From NCBI GenBank assembly GCA_963755915.1, contig CAVWLP010000002.1, forward strand, positions 96,001 to 160,000: a stretch of DNA of 64,000 nt, in the 5' to 3' direction. Of the stretch, positions 41,884-52,222 are shown in pieces. The notes below the pieces were generated by a model. The model saw only the letters and a program-made list of their open reading frames with translations, made no database searches and was not told the DNA's origin. The translations under genes were made by a program, and so were the position numbers. Each line of letters begins with the position of its first letter. Within the stretch, counting starts at the first letter, position 1. This DNA is from an uncultured Phycisphaerales bacterium (GTDB lineage: Bacteria > Planctomycetota > Phycisphaerae > Tepidisphaerales > Tepidisphaeraceae).

Positions 41884-42023
41884 GGGCAAATTGTATGCCA
41901 AAGTGGCCCCGGCGGCTAAACCCTGAGTATACTACTACCGAATGTCCAGTTTTGTCTTGATTGCCCCAAACCAAAAAAACATCGCCGCCCCAAAAAACCA
42001 CTTCGCGCCACCCCCCAAATTCT

Positions 42024-44273
42024 TCACCCCTCCGCAACCTTCTGCACCACCCCCTGCAACCTCTGAAAATTGATCGGCTTGGTGAGATGATCCGTAAACC
42101 CCGCCTCGCGGGTTTTGAGAATGTCTTCTTCCATTCCAAACCCCGTCAGCGCCACGGCCGGAAAATCGTTTTTACCTCGCTGGCGCAATTGCTGAATCAA
42201 ATCGATCCCCGTTCCATCCGGAAGCCCGATGTCGCTGAGCAGCAGATCGAACGGCTCCTCCGCGGCCACCAGCGCCGACGCCACCGAATCGGCCGTCCGC
42301 ACCTGGTGCCCAAGCCGCTCCAGCAGCCGGCTCATCACCCGCGAGGTGTCGTCGTGATCTTCCACCAGCAAAATCCTCAGCGGCCGCGTCGACCCCGCAG
42401 CGGGCCTGGGCGCCGCGCCCGGCTTTGAAGAGGGGATCGACGGCATCACCGGCGCGGAAGTTGTCGGCATCGAGATCGTGAACGTCGAGCCCTTCCCCAG
42501 CCCCTCGCTTTTAGCCGCGATGGTTCCGCCCTGGGCCTGCACGAACGCCTTGCTCAGGCTCAGCCCCAGTCCCAGCCCGCCATACTGCCGAACGATCTCT
42601 GCCGATCCCTGCTCGAACGGCTGGAAAATCCGCTTGATCGTCTCGGGCGTCATGCCGGTGCCGGTGTCGGTGATGTTGATCTCGACCCGGCCGCTCGCCG
42701 GGTTGAGGCACTTGATCTCGATTTTGCCGCCGGCCGGCGTGAACTTGGCGGCGTTTTTGAGGATGTTCCAGAAAACCTGCTGAAGCCGCCCGGCATCCGC
42801 CATCACAAATCGCGATTCGGCGTTGAGGTGCATCTCCAGCACGATCGACTTGGCGTTCAGATCGGACCGGTAGATCCGCGTCACCCCATCGAGCATGGCA
42901 TGAACGTCGACGGCTTCCATGTGCAGCGCCAGCTTACCACGCACGATGCGGGTAAGATCAAGCAGATCGTCGATCAATCGCGCTTCCAGCTCCGCACATC
43001 GCCGGAGCGTGCCTAGGTCCTCGCGAAACTCGACCGGAAACGACGGGTTCTGCGTCCAGGAGGTGAGCGTGACGACGACAGGCGTGAGCGGCGTGCGCAG
43101 CTCGTGCGAAAGAACGGCCAGAAAATTGTCCTTGGCCACGTTGGCGCTCTCGGCCTCTTCCTTGGCGTGCTGGAGGTTCTGCTCGAACTGTTTTCGCTCG
43201 GTGAAATCGCGGAAGACCAGCACAACGCCGTGAATGATCCCATCGTCCCCGCGGATCGGCGCCCCGCTGTCGTCGATGGGCAATTCGGAGCCGTCCTTGC
43301 GGATCAGCACCGTATGATTCGCCAATCCCTGCACCACACCGGTCTCCAGAACCTTTTCGACGGGATTAGGCACCGGCTTATGCGTCGTTTCGTTGACGAT
43401 CCGGAAAATCACCCCGCACGGTTTCCCGCCCGCTTCCGCGGAGGTCCATCCCGTGAGCTGCTCGGCGACGGCGTTCATGAAAACGATATTTCCTTTCGCG
43501 TCGGTGACGATCACCCCGTCGCCGATACTCGCCAGCGTTACTGCGGTCAGGCGCTGCTGGCGGGCCAAGTCATCGACCACAACTTCTCGCCGGCGCATTT
43601 CCTGCTGGATCTGGTTAAACGCCCAGGCGAGGAATATAAGGTTGATCCCGGCGGTAAAGGCAAATGCGAGTGTATGGATGTCGGTAACCCGCTCGGTCTT
43701 TTGCTGGACAGCGAGCTGCCGCTGCTCCCCCTGGTCGATCATGTGGGTGATCAGCGTGCGGATGTCGTCCATGAACTGCTTGCCGACGTTGGATTTGACG
43801 GTTGCCAATGCCGCCGCGGATCCTTCGGGACCCCGCTGCTGGTCGATGGTGAGTTTCAACTCCGCCATTTTTTCATGGCAAAGCTCCTGAAGCCGACTCA
43901 CGTCATCCTTATCCAGCAACCCTTCATTGACCCGCGCATCGAGATCGGCCAATTGCCCGTCCACCCGGCCGACTGCCGTGGTATAGGGCGCCAGATACGT
44001 CGAATTCCCCGTCAGGAGATAACCCCGCTGGCCGGTTTCAGCATCTTTTAAGGTGGAGAGCACTACGTTGAGGGCATCGACCGTGTTATGGACCCTCAGC
44101 AAAGACCGCCCATATTCAATCCGCACCTGGCCGATCCAGTAAGTGCCCGCCACGGTTGCGACCAGAAGCAGGGCCATGGCCCAGAAAAGGGTTTGGACGC
44201 TGAGCGTGGGGCGGATTCGCCGTTGTCGTACGAAGCCGTCGATCGTGAAATTTTCAGATTTTTCCATGCCCAT
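42024..44273 (-). CDS. Hybrid sensor histidine kinase (CHASE3-PAS-HisKA-HATPase-REC)
   Basis: DAETGQRGYLLTG, SIGDGVIVTD, SHELRTPL, NILKNAAKFT, DTGTG, GLGLGL, LLVEDH...SDIGLPD...KP. Confidence 0.95.
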   Translation of the reverse strand: MGMEKSENFTIDGFVRQRRIRPTLSVQTLFWAMALLLVATVAGTYWIGQVRIEYGRSLLRVHNTVDALNVVLSTLKDAETGQRGYLLTGNSTYLAPYTTAVGRVDGQLADLDARVNEGLLDKDDVSRLQELCHEKMAELKLTIDQQRGPEGSAAALATVKSNVGKQFMDDIRTLITHMIDQGEQRQLAVQQKTERVTDIHTLAFAFTAGINLIFLAWAFNQIQQEMRRREVVVDDLARQQRLTAVTLASIGDGVIVTDAKGNIVFMNAVAEQLTGWTSAEAGGKPCGVIFRIVNETTHKPVPNPVEKVLETGVVQGLANHTVLIRKDGSELPIDDSGAPIRGDDGIIHGVVLVFRDFTERKQFEQNLQHAKEEAESANVAKDNFLAVLSHELRTPLTPVVVTLTSWTQNPSFPVEFREDLGTLRRCAELEARLIDDLLDLTRIVRGKLALHMEAVDVHAMLDGVTRIYRSDLNAKSIVLEMHLNAESRFVMADAGRLQQVFWNILKNAAKFTPAGGKIEIKCLNPASGRVEINITDTGTGMTPETIKRIFQPFEQGSAEIVRQYGGLGLGLSLSKAFVQAQGGTIAAKSEGLGKGSTFTISMPTTSAPVMPSIPSSKPGAAPRPAAGSTRPLRILLVEDHDDTSRVMSRLLERLGHQVRTADSVASALVAAEEPFDLLLSDIGLPDGTGIDLIQQLRQRGKNDFPAVALTGFGMEEDILKTREAGFTDHLTKPINFQRLQGVVQKVAEG

Positions 44274-44363
44274 CGAAGTTGCGATAGTGATTTTCCGTTC
44301 CCCGTCAGTTATCGTATTTGGTTGGACTAATCCACGTCAAATGAGCAAGATACATAGAGCATA

Positions 44364-45191
44364 ATGCGACTGAGAACGACGATTTTTGATCCGGTCCAGC
44401 ACAGCCTACCTGTGAAGCTGGATTTGCCGGCGACCCAAAGCCCCCCGGCAGAGCCGACCACGGTTTTCCAGCAGCTCAAGTGTCTCATCATCGTTCCCGC
44501 CTTCAACGAAAGCCAATCGGTCGCGAAACTGGTGAACCGCCTGAATCGCGCCCTGCCGGATTGCCATATTCTTGTGATCGACGACGGCTCGACCGACGGC
44601 ACCGCCCGGCAAATCCCCCCCAGCGCCACGGTGGTGAGCCTGCCCTTTAACCTGGGCATCGGTGGGGCGATGCAGACGGGATATCGCTACGCGGCCTGCC
44701 ACGGCTACGACGTCGCCATCCAGGTCGACGGCGACGGGCAGCATCGGCCGTGCGAGGTGGAAAAACTGGTCCAGGCCCTGGTCAGCGGCCCGGCCGACCT
44801 GGTCGTCGGCTCGCGATTCCTGGCGGCGCCAAGTCTCGTCCCCTCCTTCACCCGCATGACGGGCATTCGGGTCCTTAGCGCCTGGATCCGCATTCTCACC
44901 GGTCTGAAAATCACCGACTGCACCAGCGGCTTCCGGGCAGCCAACCGCAAGGTCATTCTCGCCTACGCCCACTGGTATCCGGAAGATTATCCGGAGCCGG
45001 AGGTCGTGCTGCTGCTTCACCGCTCGAAATTCAAGGTTGTGGAAGTCGCCACGCGCATGCGCCGGCGAATGTACGGAAAGAGCAGCATCAGCCTTCTTCG
45101 CGGTCTGTATTATGTTTTGAAAGTCAGCTTCTGCCTCTTCCTCGACATGATCCGCCAGCCCTGGCCGAGCGGGAAAATTGACGTGCAGTGA
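44364..45191 (+). CDS. Glycosyltransferase family 2 (polyprenol-P sugar synthase-like)
   Basis: IVPAFNE, IDDGSTD, NLGIGGAMQTG, QVDGDGQH, GSRF, DCTSGFRA, DYPE. Confidence 0.92.
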   Translation: MRLRTTIFDPVQHSLPVKLDLPATQSPPAEPTTVFQQLKCLIIVPAFNESQSVAKLVNRLNRALPDCHILVIDDGSTDGTARQIPPSATVVSLPFNLGIGGAMQTGYRYAACHGYDVAIQVDGDGQHRPCEVEKLVQALVSGPADLVVGSRFLAAPSLVPSFTRMTGIRVLSAWIRILTGLKITDCTSGFRAANRKVILAYAHWYPEDYPEPEVVLLLHRSKFKVVEVATRMRRRMYGKSSISLLRGLYYVLKVSFCLFLDMIRQPWPSGKIDVQ

Positions 45192-45252
45192 CAAATATCC
45201 GTGAAATCCGTGTAATCCGTGGTTCTCTTCTTTTTTTCCTGTTTGAGCCTGC

Positions 45253-45639
45253 ATGGCCGCGAGAATCATCCTCATCTGTTTCGGAGCGACGGTGATGATC
45301 GTCGCCGTTCGGCGGATGCGTTCCTATCGGCTCAAGGAACGCCACATGATTCTTTTCCTGCTCACCGGGCTGCCATTTTTGCTCCTGGCGGTCTGGCCGT
45401 CGGCGATCGGCTGGGTCGGGCACAAGCTGGGCGTTCAATATCAAACTGTCTCCCTCCTGTGCGTGGCGGCATTTTTTATCCTGGTGATTTTCGAGCTGCT
45501 CACCATCGTCAGCCTCCAGGACCGTAAGATTGCCACGCTGGCGCAGATCGTCGGCATCCTGATGGAAAAGCACGGCATGGGCGACCGCCCCACCGGCGAG
45601 GGCAAGCCGGCCGAGTCCTCCGATCCGGCGCACCGATGA
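45253..45639 (+). CDS. DUF2304 family membrane protein
   Basis: Three TM helices, then VSLQDRKIATLAQIVGIL; in its usual position after a GT2 gene. Confidence 0.8.
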   Translation: MAARIILICFGATVMIVAVRRMRSYRLKERHMILFLLTGLPFLLLAVWPSAIGWVGHKLGVQYQTVSLLCVAAFFILVIFELLTIVSLQDRKIATLAQIVGILMEKHGMGDRPTGEGKPAESSDPAHR

Positions 45640-45640
45640 T

Positions 45641-46694
45641 ATGACACGCCTCGCGATCCTGATCGCATGCTTCAACGGCCGCAAATACATCGCCGATTGC
45701 CTGCGCTCGCTTCAGAAGGCCGCCACTGCCGACGCTGAAATCTCCATCATCGTCATCGACAACGCCAGCACCGACGGCAGCGCCGATTTCGTCGCGGCGG
45801 AATTCCCAAATGTCGAGCTGATTCGCCTCCCTGACAACCGCGGCTTCGCGGGCGGCATCAACGCCGGCTGGCGACATGCGCGAGAAATTCTCCAATCTCA
45901 AGTACGTCGCCCTCATCAACCAGGACGTCACCGTCGCCCCCAACTGGCTCGCCCCTCTTCTTGCCCATCTCGATTCGAACCCTTCCACGGCCGCCGTCCA
46001 ACCCAAGGTGCTTCTCGCCGACCCTCCCAACCGCTTCAACACCGCCGGCAATCGCAGCCACTATCTCGGGTTCGGCCTCGTCACTGCCTACGGGCAGATC
46101 GACGACGGCTCCCACGACCAGATCTGCGAAATCGACTTCCCCTCCGGCGCCGCCGCCGTCATCCGCGCCGAAGCGCTGGGCAACGCCGACATCTTCGACG
46201 ATCTCTACTTCCTCTACCTCGAAGACGCCGAACTCGGCTGGAAACTCCGCCAGTTCGGCTTGAAAATCCACTTTATCCCCGCATCCGTCGTCTGGCACCA
46301 GTACGAATACCGCCATGATTACAAATTCTATTTCTACCTCGAGCGCAACCGCTGGTATCTGCTGGCGACGTATTTTAAGCTCCCCACGCTGCTGATTCTT
46401 CTGCCCGCGATCATCGCCATGGAATTCGGCCAGCTCTATTTCGCCTGGCGCAACGGCGTGCTAGGCCAGAAGCTGGCCGCCTATCGCTTCTTCCTGTGCC
46501 GAAAGAACCTGGCAAGGCTGCTGGAACATCGCCGCCGCGCTCAGGATCGCCGGCGGATCGACGACCGCCAGTTCGTCCGCACTTTCGTATCGGAAATCGA
46601 TCTCCCCGAATTGCGCAGCACAATCCTTCGCCGGATCGGCAACCCCCTGCTACGGACCTATTGGCACATCGTGCGTCCGCTCATCATCTGGTAA
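45641..46694 (+). CDS. Glycosyltransferase family 2; frameshift near 45885
   Basis: IDNASTDGS and NRGFAGGINAG in one frame; LINQD, SGAA, YLEDAELGW and ERNRW in the next. Confidence 0.9.
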
Positions 46695-48281
46695 CGCAAA
46701 CCGCGCCCGTTCCAGCGTCAGCGGCGGAAGATTGGGGCCGCGGTTCACGGTAATCAGCGGATCGCCATACGCATAAACCTGCGCCCGCTTCAACCATCGC
46801 TTATATTCGATGTCCGCCGGATCGAGAATCACCAGCATGTGCCCGTTCTTCGCCTTGATCGGCTCGTTGAATTCATAAAACATCCGATCCGACAAAAACG
46901 CCATGATGCGAGCCAATTTCTCCGGGCAGAGGATCACGTCTTCCTGCGTTGTCTGGGCCGGGATCTGCTCGGCCATCTGCACGACCGGCGCAAATTTCCC
47001 ATTCTGATACCCGTCGAGAAACGGAATCCACCTCTGGTGAATCACAAACCCGCCGAGCAGAATTGCGTTGGGAACCGTCCCAAGCACGACCAGCAACAAA
47101 AATATCCAGTTACCCACCGGCGTGGGAAACCGCAGGTTGAATCGCCGGATGACGTCCCACCACCCCAGCACGATCAGCGGGAGAATCGGCAGAAGATACC
47201 GGTCGTCCGAAACCGTCATCAAAAGCGTCGCCATCAGGGCGATTACCCACAGCCCCCAGAGCATGCGTTTGCGGATCAGCGCCACGGCCGCGGCGATGAT
47301 GCAAAACCCAAAAATCGCGTTGGGCCACCACCAGCCCCCCAGCCGCAAACCGAACGCGGCCTTCGCGATCAGCGGATTCAAAAGCCTCCCGAGATTCAGC
47401 TCGATCGCGTTCCGCAGATCGTCGAAATGCGTGAGCTGATGCACTGCATACTGGAGATACCCGCTGACCAGCCCATGCCCCCGCCGGCGCGGATCGAAAA
47501 CGAAGAAGACCACCAAAATCGCCGCGCACAGCGCAATCGCGCCGGCCGCCTTCAAATTTCGCCGAACCACCGCGGCAAACCCCAGCGAGACAAACCACGC
47601 CGCCAGGAACGCGATCATGACCGGCCGCGTGGTGATAAGAACGATCAGCCCGCCGATCAGCAGCGCCCAATCCCACCACCGCGCCCGGCGCGACGGGCTC
47701 GAATGAAAAACCCCTTCATGCCCCGCCAGCACTGCCATCACGCCGGTTAGAAATGGCATGTCCGTGAGGACCGAGAAGGCGTATCGATAAAACTCGGTGG
47801 TGATCGCCACCGCACAGGTCACCAGCAGCGCCGTCTTTCGGTCATACGCCAGCAGCACCAGCCGATAGACCAGTGCCAGCGCCACCACCCCGCACACCCA
47901 CATCAGCAGGTCGGCGGCAAGAATAATGTGGTCCGGGAACAGCCGGTAAAACGCCGCCAGCGCCATCGGAACACCGGGACACGCCGTGTCGTGCAGCACG
48001 CCGCCAAACGTATATCCCCACCCCCGTGCCAGGTTTCGTGCCAGGCAAAGATAAAGCGCACTATCCGGCTGAAGCAGCCATTGCCCGTTGAACCCCAGCA
48101 GATAAACCGCCGCGACCGCAAGCAGGATCGCCCTGCGATGGCGATCAAGAAAATCCATGAGCTGTTGACACAGCGCCTCGGACGGCGCGGCGTCAGTGAC
48201 GGTCGCCGCCGGTTGTGCGTTATCGCTCGCCTTACCGCCTACTTCGTCGGCAGGCTTCGAATGAATCGCCGAAATGTTCAT
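46650..48281 (-). CDS. GT-C (ArnT/PMT-like) membrane glycosyltransferase
   Basis: PDSALYLCLARNLARG.GY, PGVP, LTDMPF, DRYLLPILP; many TM helices. Confidence 0.75.
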   Translation of the reverse strand: MNISAIHSKPADEVGGKASDNAQPAATVTDAAPSEALCQQLMDFLDRHRRAILLAVAAVYLLGFNGQWLLQPDSALYLCLARNLARGWGYTFGGVLHDTACPGVPMALAAFYRLFPDHIILAADLLMWVCGVVALALVYRLVLLAYDRKTALLVTCAVAITTEFYRYAFSVLTDMPFLTGVMAVLAGHEGVFHSSPSRRARWWDWALLIGGLIVLITTRPVMIAFLAAWFVSLGFAAVVRRNLKAAGAIALCAAILVVFFVFDPRRRGHGLVSGYLQYAVHQLTHFDDLRNAIELNLGRLLNPLIAKAAFGLRLGGWWWPNAIFGFCIIAAAVALIRKRMLWGLWVIALMATLLMTVSDDRYLLPILPLIVLGWWDVIRRFNLRFPTPVGNWIFLLLVVLGTVPNAILLGGFVIHQRWIPFLDGYQNGKFAPVVQMAEQIPAQTTQEDVILCPEKLARIMAFLSDRMFYEFNEPIKAKNGHMLVILDPADIEYKRWLKRAQVYAYGDPLITVNRGPNLPPLTLERARFALPDDERTHDVPIGP

Positions 48282-48438
48282 TCAGTTGAATTTCTACTAT
48301 ATCGCAAAATAGTAAATTCCGAACCGCCGAATTTTCTCACAGTGAGATAGGGGCGTCCCGCCCCACGGCCTCCAGCCTATGCGGGGTACCGCTCCTCGCC
48401 TCCGGCTGCGGCTTGGCAATCGGCAATCGGCATTGTTA

Positions 48439-49650
48439 ATGTCTCTCCCAATGGAGGTCCCCTCCTCTTCCCCCCAAGGCCTTCCCCGCCGTATTGGCCG
48501 GATTCCTCGGCTGGTCACTCGATGCCTTCGATTTCTTCATCGTGGTCATGACCCTGCCGCACATCGCCCACGATTTTCACAAAACCGATGCCGAGATGGC
48601 CCTGGCGCTCACAGTGACGCTCGCCTTCAGGCCCGTTGCGCTCTCATCTTCGGCCTGATCGCCGACCGATGGGGCCGGCGAATCCCCCTTATGATCGACC
48701 TGGTCTTCTATTCCATCGTCGAAGTCCTCTCCGGCATGGCGCCGAATTTCACCACATTCCTTATCCTCCGCGCCCTCTTCGGCATCGGCATGGGAGGCGA
48801 ATGGGGCGTCGGCGCATCGCTCATCATGGAAAAAGTCCCCGCCAAATTCCGCGGCGTCCTTTCAGGAATCCTTCAGGAAGGCTACGCCTTCGGCTACCTC
48901 GCCGCCGCCATCGCCTACGAATTCGTCTTCCCCCACTTCGGCTGGCGTGTGATGTTCTATATCGGCGGCGTCCCCGCAATCTTGGCCGTCTTCGTCCGCT
49001 TCGCGGTGAAAGAATCGGAAGTCTGGCAAAAGAACAAAGCCGATTCCTGGCAAAACCTCGCCCGCGGCCTCGTTGCCCACTGGCCGATCTTCCTCTACCT
49101 CGTCGCCCTGATGTCGATGTTCAACCTCGCCTCGCACGGCACCCAAGATCTTTACCCCACATTCCTGCTGCGCTACCTTGGCCTGAGTGTGGACACAAAA
49201 GCCACCCTCGTTGAGATCTCGATGATCGGCGCCATCCTGGGCGGCATCTTCTTCGGCCTTCTCTCCGACCGCATCGGCCGAAGAAAGTCCATGATCATCG
49301 CCTTCGCGTTGGCGATCGTGGCTATCCCCTTCTGGGCCATGCCTGGCGCGGTTGCCAAGCTCGCCGCCGGCGCGTTCGCGCTTCAGTTCATGGTCCAAGG
49401 CGCCTGGGGCGTCATCCCCGCCCACATCAACGAGCTTTCGCCGAACCACATCCGCGGCTCCATGCCCGGCTTCGCCTACCAATGCGGCAACCTGGTCGCC
49501 AGCGGCATCGTCCTGCTGGAAGCATCGCTGGCCGCGAAGCACAACTACGCCACGGTCATGGCCGCCAGCGCGGCGACGATCTTTATCGTCGCCATCCTGG
49601 TCACCGCCGTCGGGCCCGAAAAACGCGGACAGGAGTTCGCCTCAGGCTAG
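48439..49650 (+). CDS. MFS transporter (sialate/lactate:H+ symporter family); frameshifts in the 5' part
   Basis: Alternate frame reads AGFLGWSLDAFDFF...TLAFRP; main frame has ADRWGRR, GMGGEWG, SHGTQDLYPTFL, QGAWGVIP. Confidence 0.9.
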   Translation: MSLPMEVPSSSPQGLPRRIGRIPRLVTRCLRFLHRGHDPAAHRPRFSQNRCRDGPGAHSDARLQARCALIFGLIADRWGRRIPLMIDLVFYSIVEVLSGMAPNFTTFLILRALFGIGMGGEWGVGASLIMEKVPAKFRGVLSGILQEGYAFGYLAAAIAYEFVFPHFGWRVMFYIGGVPAILAVFVRFAVKESEVWQKNKADSWQNLARGLVAHWPIFLYLVALMSMFNLASHGTQDLYPTFLLRYLGLSVDTKATLVEISMIGAILGGIFFGLLSDRIGRRKSMIIAFALAIVAIPFWAMPGAVAKLAAGAFALQFMVQGAWGVIPAHINELSPNHIRGSMPGFAYQCGNLVASGIVLLEASLAAKHNYATVMAASAATIFIVAILVTAVGPEKRGQEFASG

Positions 49651-49656
49651 CGCCCG

Positions 49657-50841
49657 CTATTGCACCACGCTCTGATTCTCCGCCCGCTTCGCCGCTTCCT
49701 GCAAGCCGCAGATTTCCTCCCCGCACGCCATCGGCGACTGTCCCGCGGGCACCGGCGCCTCAGGGCAATCCTGCGGCCGCGAGGGCAGCCCATACCCGCT
49801 GCGCAGCAACCGCCGGTGCTGAAGAATCTGCCGCATGTCGTTCTTGGTCCCGATCGCCGCTGGATGGTGCGCCACCGCGTCGCTGAGCATCGCCCAGGAA
49901 ACCTGCGAGGCGATCGCGCTGTCGCGCGCCGTCGGCATGCCAAGGTTCTTTCCCGCAAAAACCGATCGCGCGAAAATGTCGATCATCACGTCCAGCTTCT
50001 TGTCGTTGAACAGCGCGGTCTTGCGCACCGTCGCATTCATGCCATGCAGCTCGATCGTCGCGTCGATGAAATCATGGTGCATCCGGCAAATCCCCTTGGT
50101 CCCAATCACATCCACGTAGCAGTTATGCGTCTTTTCCTTGGCCAAATGGCCATAGACAAATCCCTGGGTGATATCGAACACCACGCCGTTTTTGAATTGG
50201 CCGTGGGCGTTGATCCACCAGGGATATGTGTGGTCCCACATGCGAACGCCCTGCGCGTGCCAGGTGTCGTATTCGCTTTTGGCATACCAGCGGGCGAGAT
50301 CGACGTAATGCATCCCGCAGTCGTGAAACGGCGGCCCCTCCGGCTCGTGCCCCTCGGTGGGCATGTGCCCCGGCGTCATATGGCACACCCGCACGATCGC
50401 CAAATCGCCGATCTCCCCCTCGGCGATGAACGCCAGCATATCCTTGTGATACCACGCATTCCGATTGAAAAGATTCACCGCAACGAACCGATCGCTTGAT
50501 TCGATCTCCTCAACAAGCTTCCATTCCGTTTCGATATCCGCCCCCAGCGGTTTTTCCGCCAGGATATGCTTATTGAATCGCAGCGCCGTGCGAATCTGCT
50601 GCGGCCGCGCATCGGCAAGCGTGAAGAGCCCGACCACGTCGATCGAAGGATCGGAGAAAATCGGCTCCGGATCGGAAAGGATTTTAGCCCCCGGCGCCGA
50701 TCGGCCCGCCAGTTCCCGGGCGCGCTCAGAGGTGTCGCAGATCGCGACGATTTCCCACGCATCGCTCTGCTGCATGGCCGCGACAAAGCCCCGGCCCATA
50801 CGCCCATATCCCACAATTCCAACCCGCAAACGACGACTCAT
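49657..50841 (-). CDS. Gfo/Idh/MocA family oxidoreductase
   Basis: VGIVGYGRMG, HILAEKP, DCGMHYVDL. Confidence 0.9.
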   Translation of the reverse strand: MSRRLRVGIVGYGRMGRGFVAAMQQSDAWEIVAICDTSERARELAGRSAPGAKILSDPEPIFSDPSIDVVGLFTLADARPQQIRTALRFNKHILAEKPLGADIETEWKLVEEIESSDRFVAVNLFNRNAWYHKDMLAFIAEGEIGDLAIVRVCHMTPGHMPTEGHEPEGPPFHDCGMHYVDLARWYAKSEYDTWHAQGVRMWDHTYPWWINAHGQFKNGVVFDITQGFVYGHLAKEKTHNCYVDVIGTKGICRMHHDFIDATIELHGMNATVRKTALFNDKKLDVMIDIFARSVFAGKNLGMPTARDSAIASQVSWAMLSDAVAHHPAAIGTKNDMRQILQHRRLLRSGYGLPSRPQDCPEAPVPAGQSPMACGEEICGLQEAAKRAENQSVVQ

Positions 50842-51127
50842 TGCTTTATCTCCGAATGAACGAGCCCGGTTTCATCCCTTGATCGTGCCCATATGGATGC
50901 CCATGACCAGGTGGCGCAAAAGCGCAACCAATACAATTACCACAGTTACTATCGACATGGTAGTTGCTCACCAAAACGAGGAGGGCCAGGGCGATTAATC
51001 CGGGCCCGCACGTCGCATCTATTATATCCCATAAAAGCCGCCATTTACCGGGTCCCCCGTTGTCGCATTTAAGGAAAGCGACCTCAGCGATTCCCCTGTT
51101 TGTCCAACGCGAAACTCCACGGTAGCT

Positions 51128-52171
51128 TTGGCGACTGACATGGGGTCACGCGCTTGGACAACCGCCCTGCTGCTGGCGTGGATTTGCCTTCCACGTCCGG
51201 CCATTTCGCAAACGCCCTACGCCCCCGCCCCAGGCCCCTTTTCGGTCAAAACAGAAGCGCTCAACTGGCACGACGCCCAGCGCAACCGCGACGTCCCCGT
51301 GCGGATCTATTATCCCGATTCCCCCCAAGGCAAATTCCCCATCATCATCTTCTCCCACGGCGTGGGCGGCTCGCGCGACGGCTACGCCTACCTCGGCGAA
51401 TTCTGGGCCGGCTTCGGTTATGTCTGCGTCCACGTCCAGCACGTCGGCTCCGACACCTCCATCTGGCAGGACCTCCCAGCCGATGAAATTTCTGCCGCCA
51501 TGCGGCGAGCGACCGTCAGCCCCCGCAACATTCGCAACCGGCCGCTGGACGTCAGCTTCGCCATCGACCAACTCACAAATCTCAACCAGACCGATCCAAT
51601 TTTCAAGGATCGCCTCGATCTCGATCGCATCGGCGTCGCCGGTCACTCCTTCGGCGCCTTCACCACGCTCGCCGTCGCCGGCGAGGTCTTCACCACTTCG
51701 CGCGGCACAAAATTGATGTGGCCGGATTCGCGCGTGAAAGCCGCCATCGCCATGAGCGAATCACCCCCACCCGACCCGTCCACCTGGGACGACGCCTTCC
51801 CCCACATCGCCATTCCCATGATGCACATGACCGGCACAATCGACGACAACCCCTTCGGCGACTCCAAGGCCGCCGTTCGTCGCGTGCCATTCGACCATAT
51901 CCCACCAGTCGCCGACCAATACCTGATCATCCTCCAGGGCGGCGACCACATGGTCTTTTCGGGCCGTACCCAGCAGGGCGAGCCAATGTCCGGCACCGGC
52001 AACCCCGCCCTCGACCCCACGTTTCAGGTCCTGATCCAGCAATCGACAACCGCGTTCTGGGATGCCTATCTGAAATCCGACGCCAGGGCCCAGGACTGGT
52101 TGCAAACCGGCGGATGCAAACAAATGCTGGGCGCGAACGCGGCATTTGAGATGCATCCGAAGAAGGGGTGA
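51128..52171 (+). CDS. Secreted alpha/beta hydrolase
   Basis: Signal peptide, IIFSHGVGG, GHSFG nucleophile elbow, TGTID, GDHMVF. Confidence 0.88.
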   Translation: MATDMGSRAWTTALLLAWICLPRPAISQTPYAPAPGPFSVKTEALNWHDAQRNRDVPVRIYYPDSPQGKFPIIIFSHGVGGSRDGYAYLGEFWAGFGYVCVHVQHVGSDTSIWQDLPADEISAAMRRATVSPRNIRNRPLDVSFAIDQLTNLNQTDPIFKDRLDLDRIGVAGHSFGAFTTLAVAGEVFTTSRGTKLMWPDSRVKAAIAMSESPPPDPSTWDDAFPHIAIPMMHMTGTIDDNPFGDSKAAVRRVPFDHIPPVADQYLIILQGGDHMVFSGRTQQGEPMSGTGNPALDPTFQVLIQQSTTAFWDAYLKSDARAQDWLQTGGCKQMLGANAAFEMHPKKG

Positions 52172-52222
52172 ATGGATCGGCGGAATTTTCGATGGTGTCA
52201 TTGTCTGAGATTCCGGCCACCT

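Larger units (their letters stand above)
36739..41939 (-). mobile_element. IS1-family cargo-carrying transposon, 5201 bp
   Basis: Terminal IRs GGTAGTGGTATACTCTG (36739-36755) and GGTAGTAGTATACTCAG (reverse complement of 41923-41939) are 15/17 identical. Flanking 8-bp repeats GAGTGTCC (36731-36738) and GAATGTCC (41940-41947). Internal IS1-type transposase; lower GC than the flanks. Confidence 0.88.

Noticed and set aside
50870-50958. 28-codon hydrophobic ORF upstream of the Gfo/Idh/MocA gene
   Set aside because: It is too short to support without conservation data.
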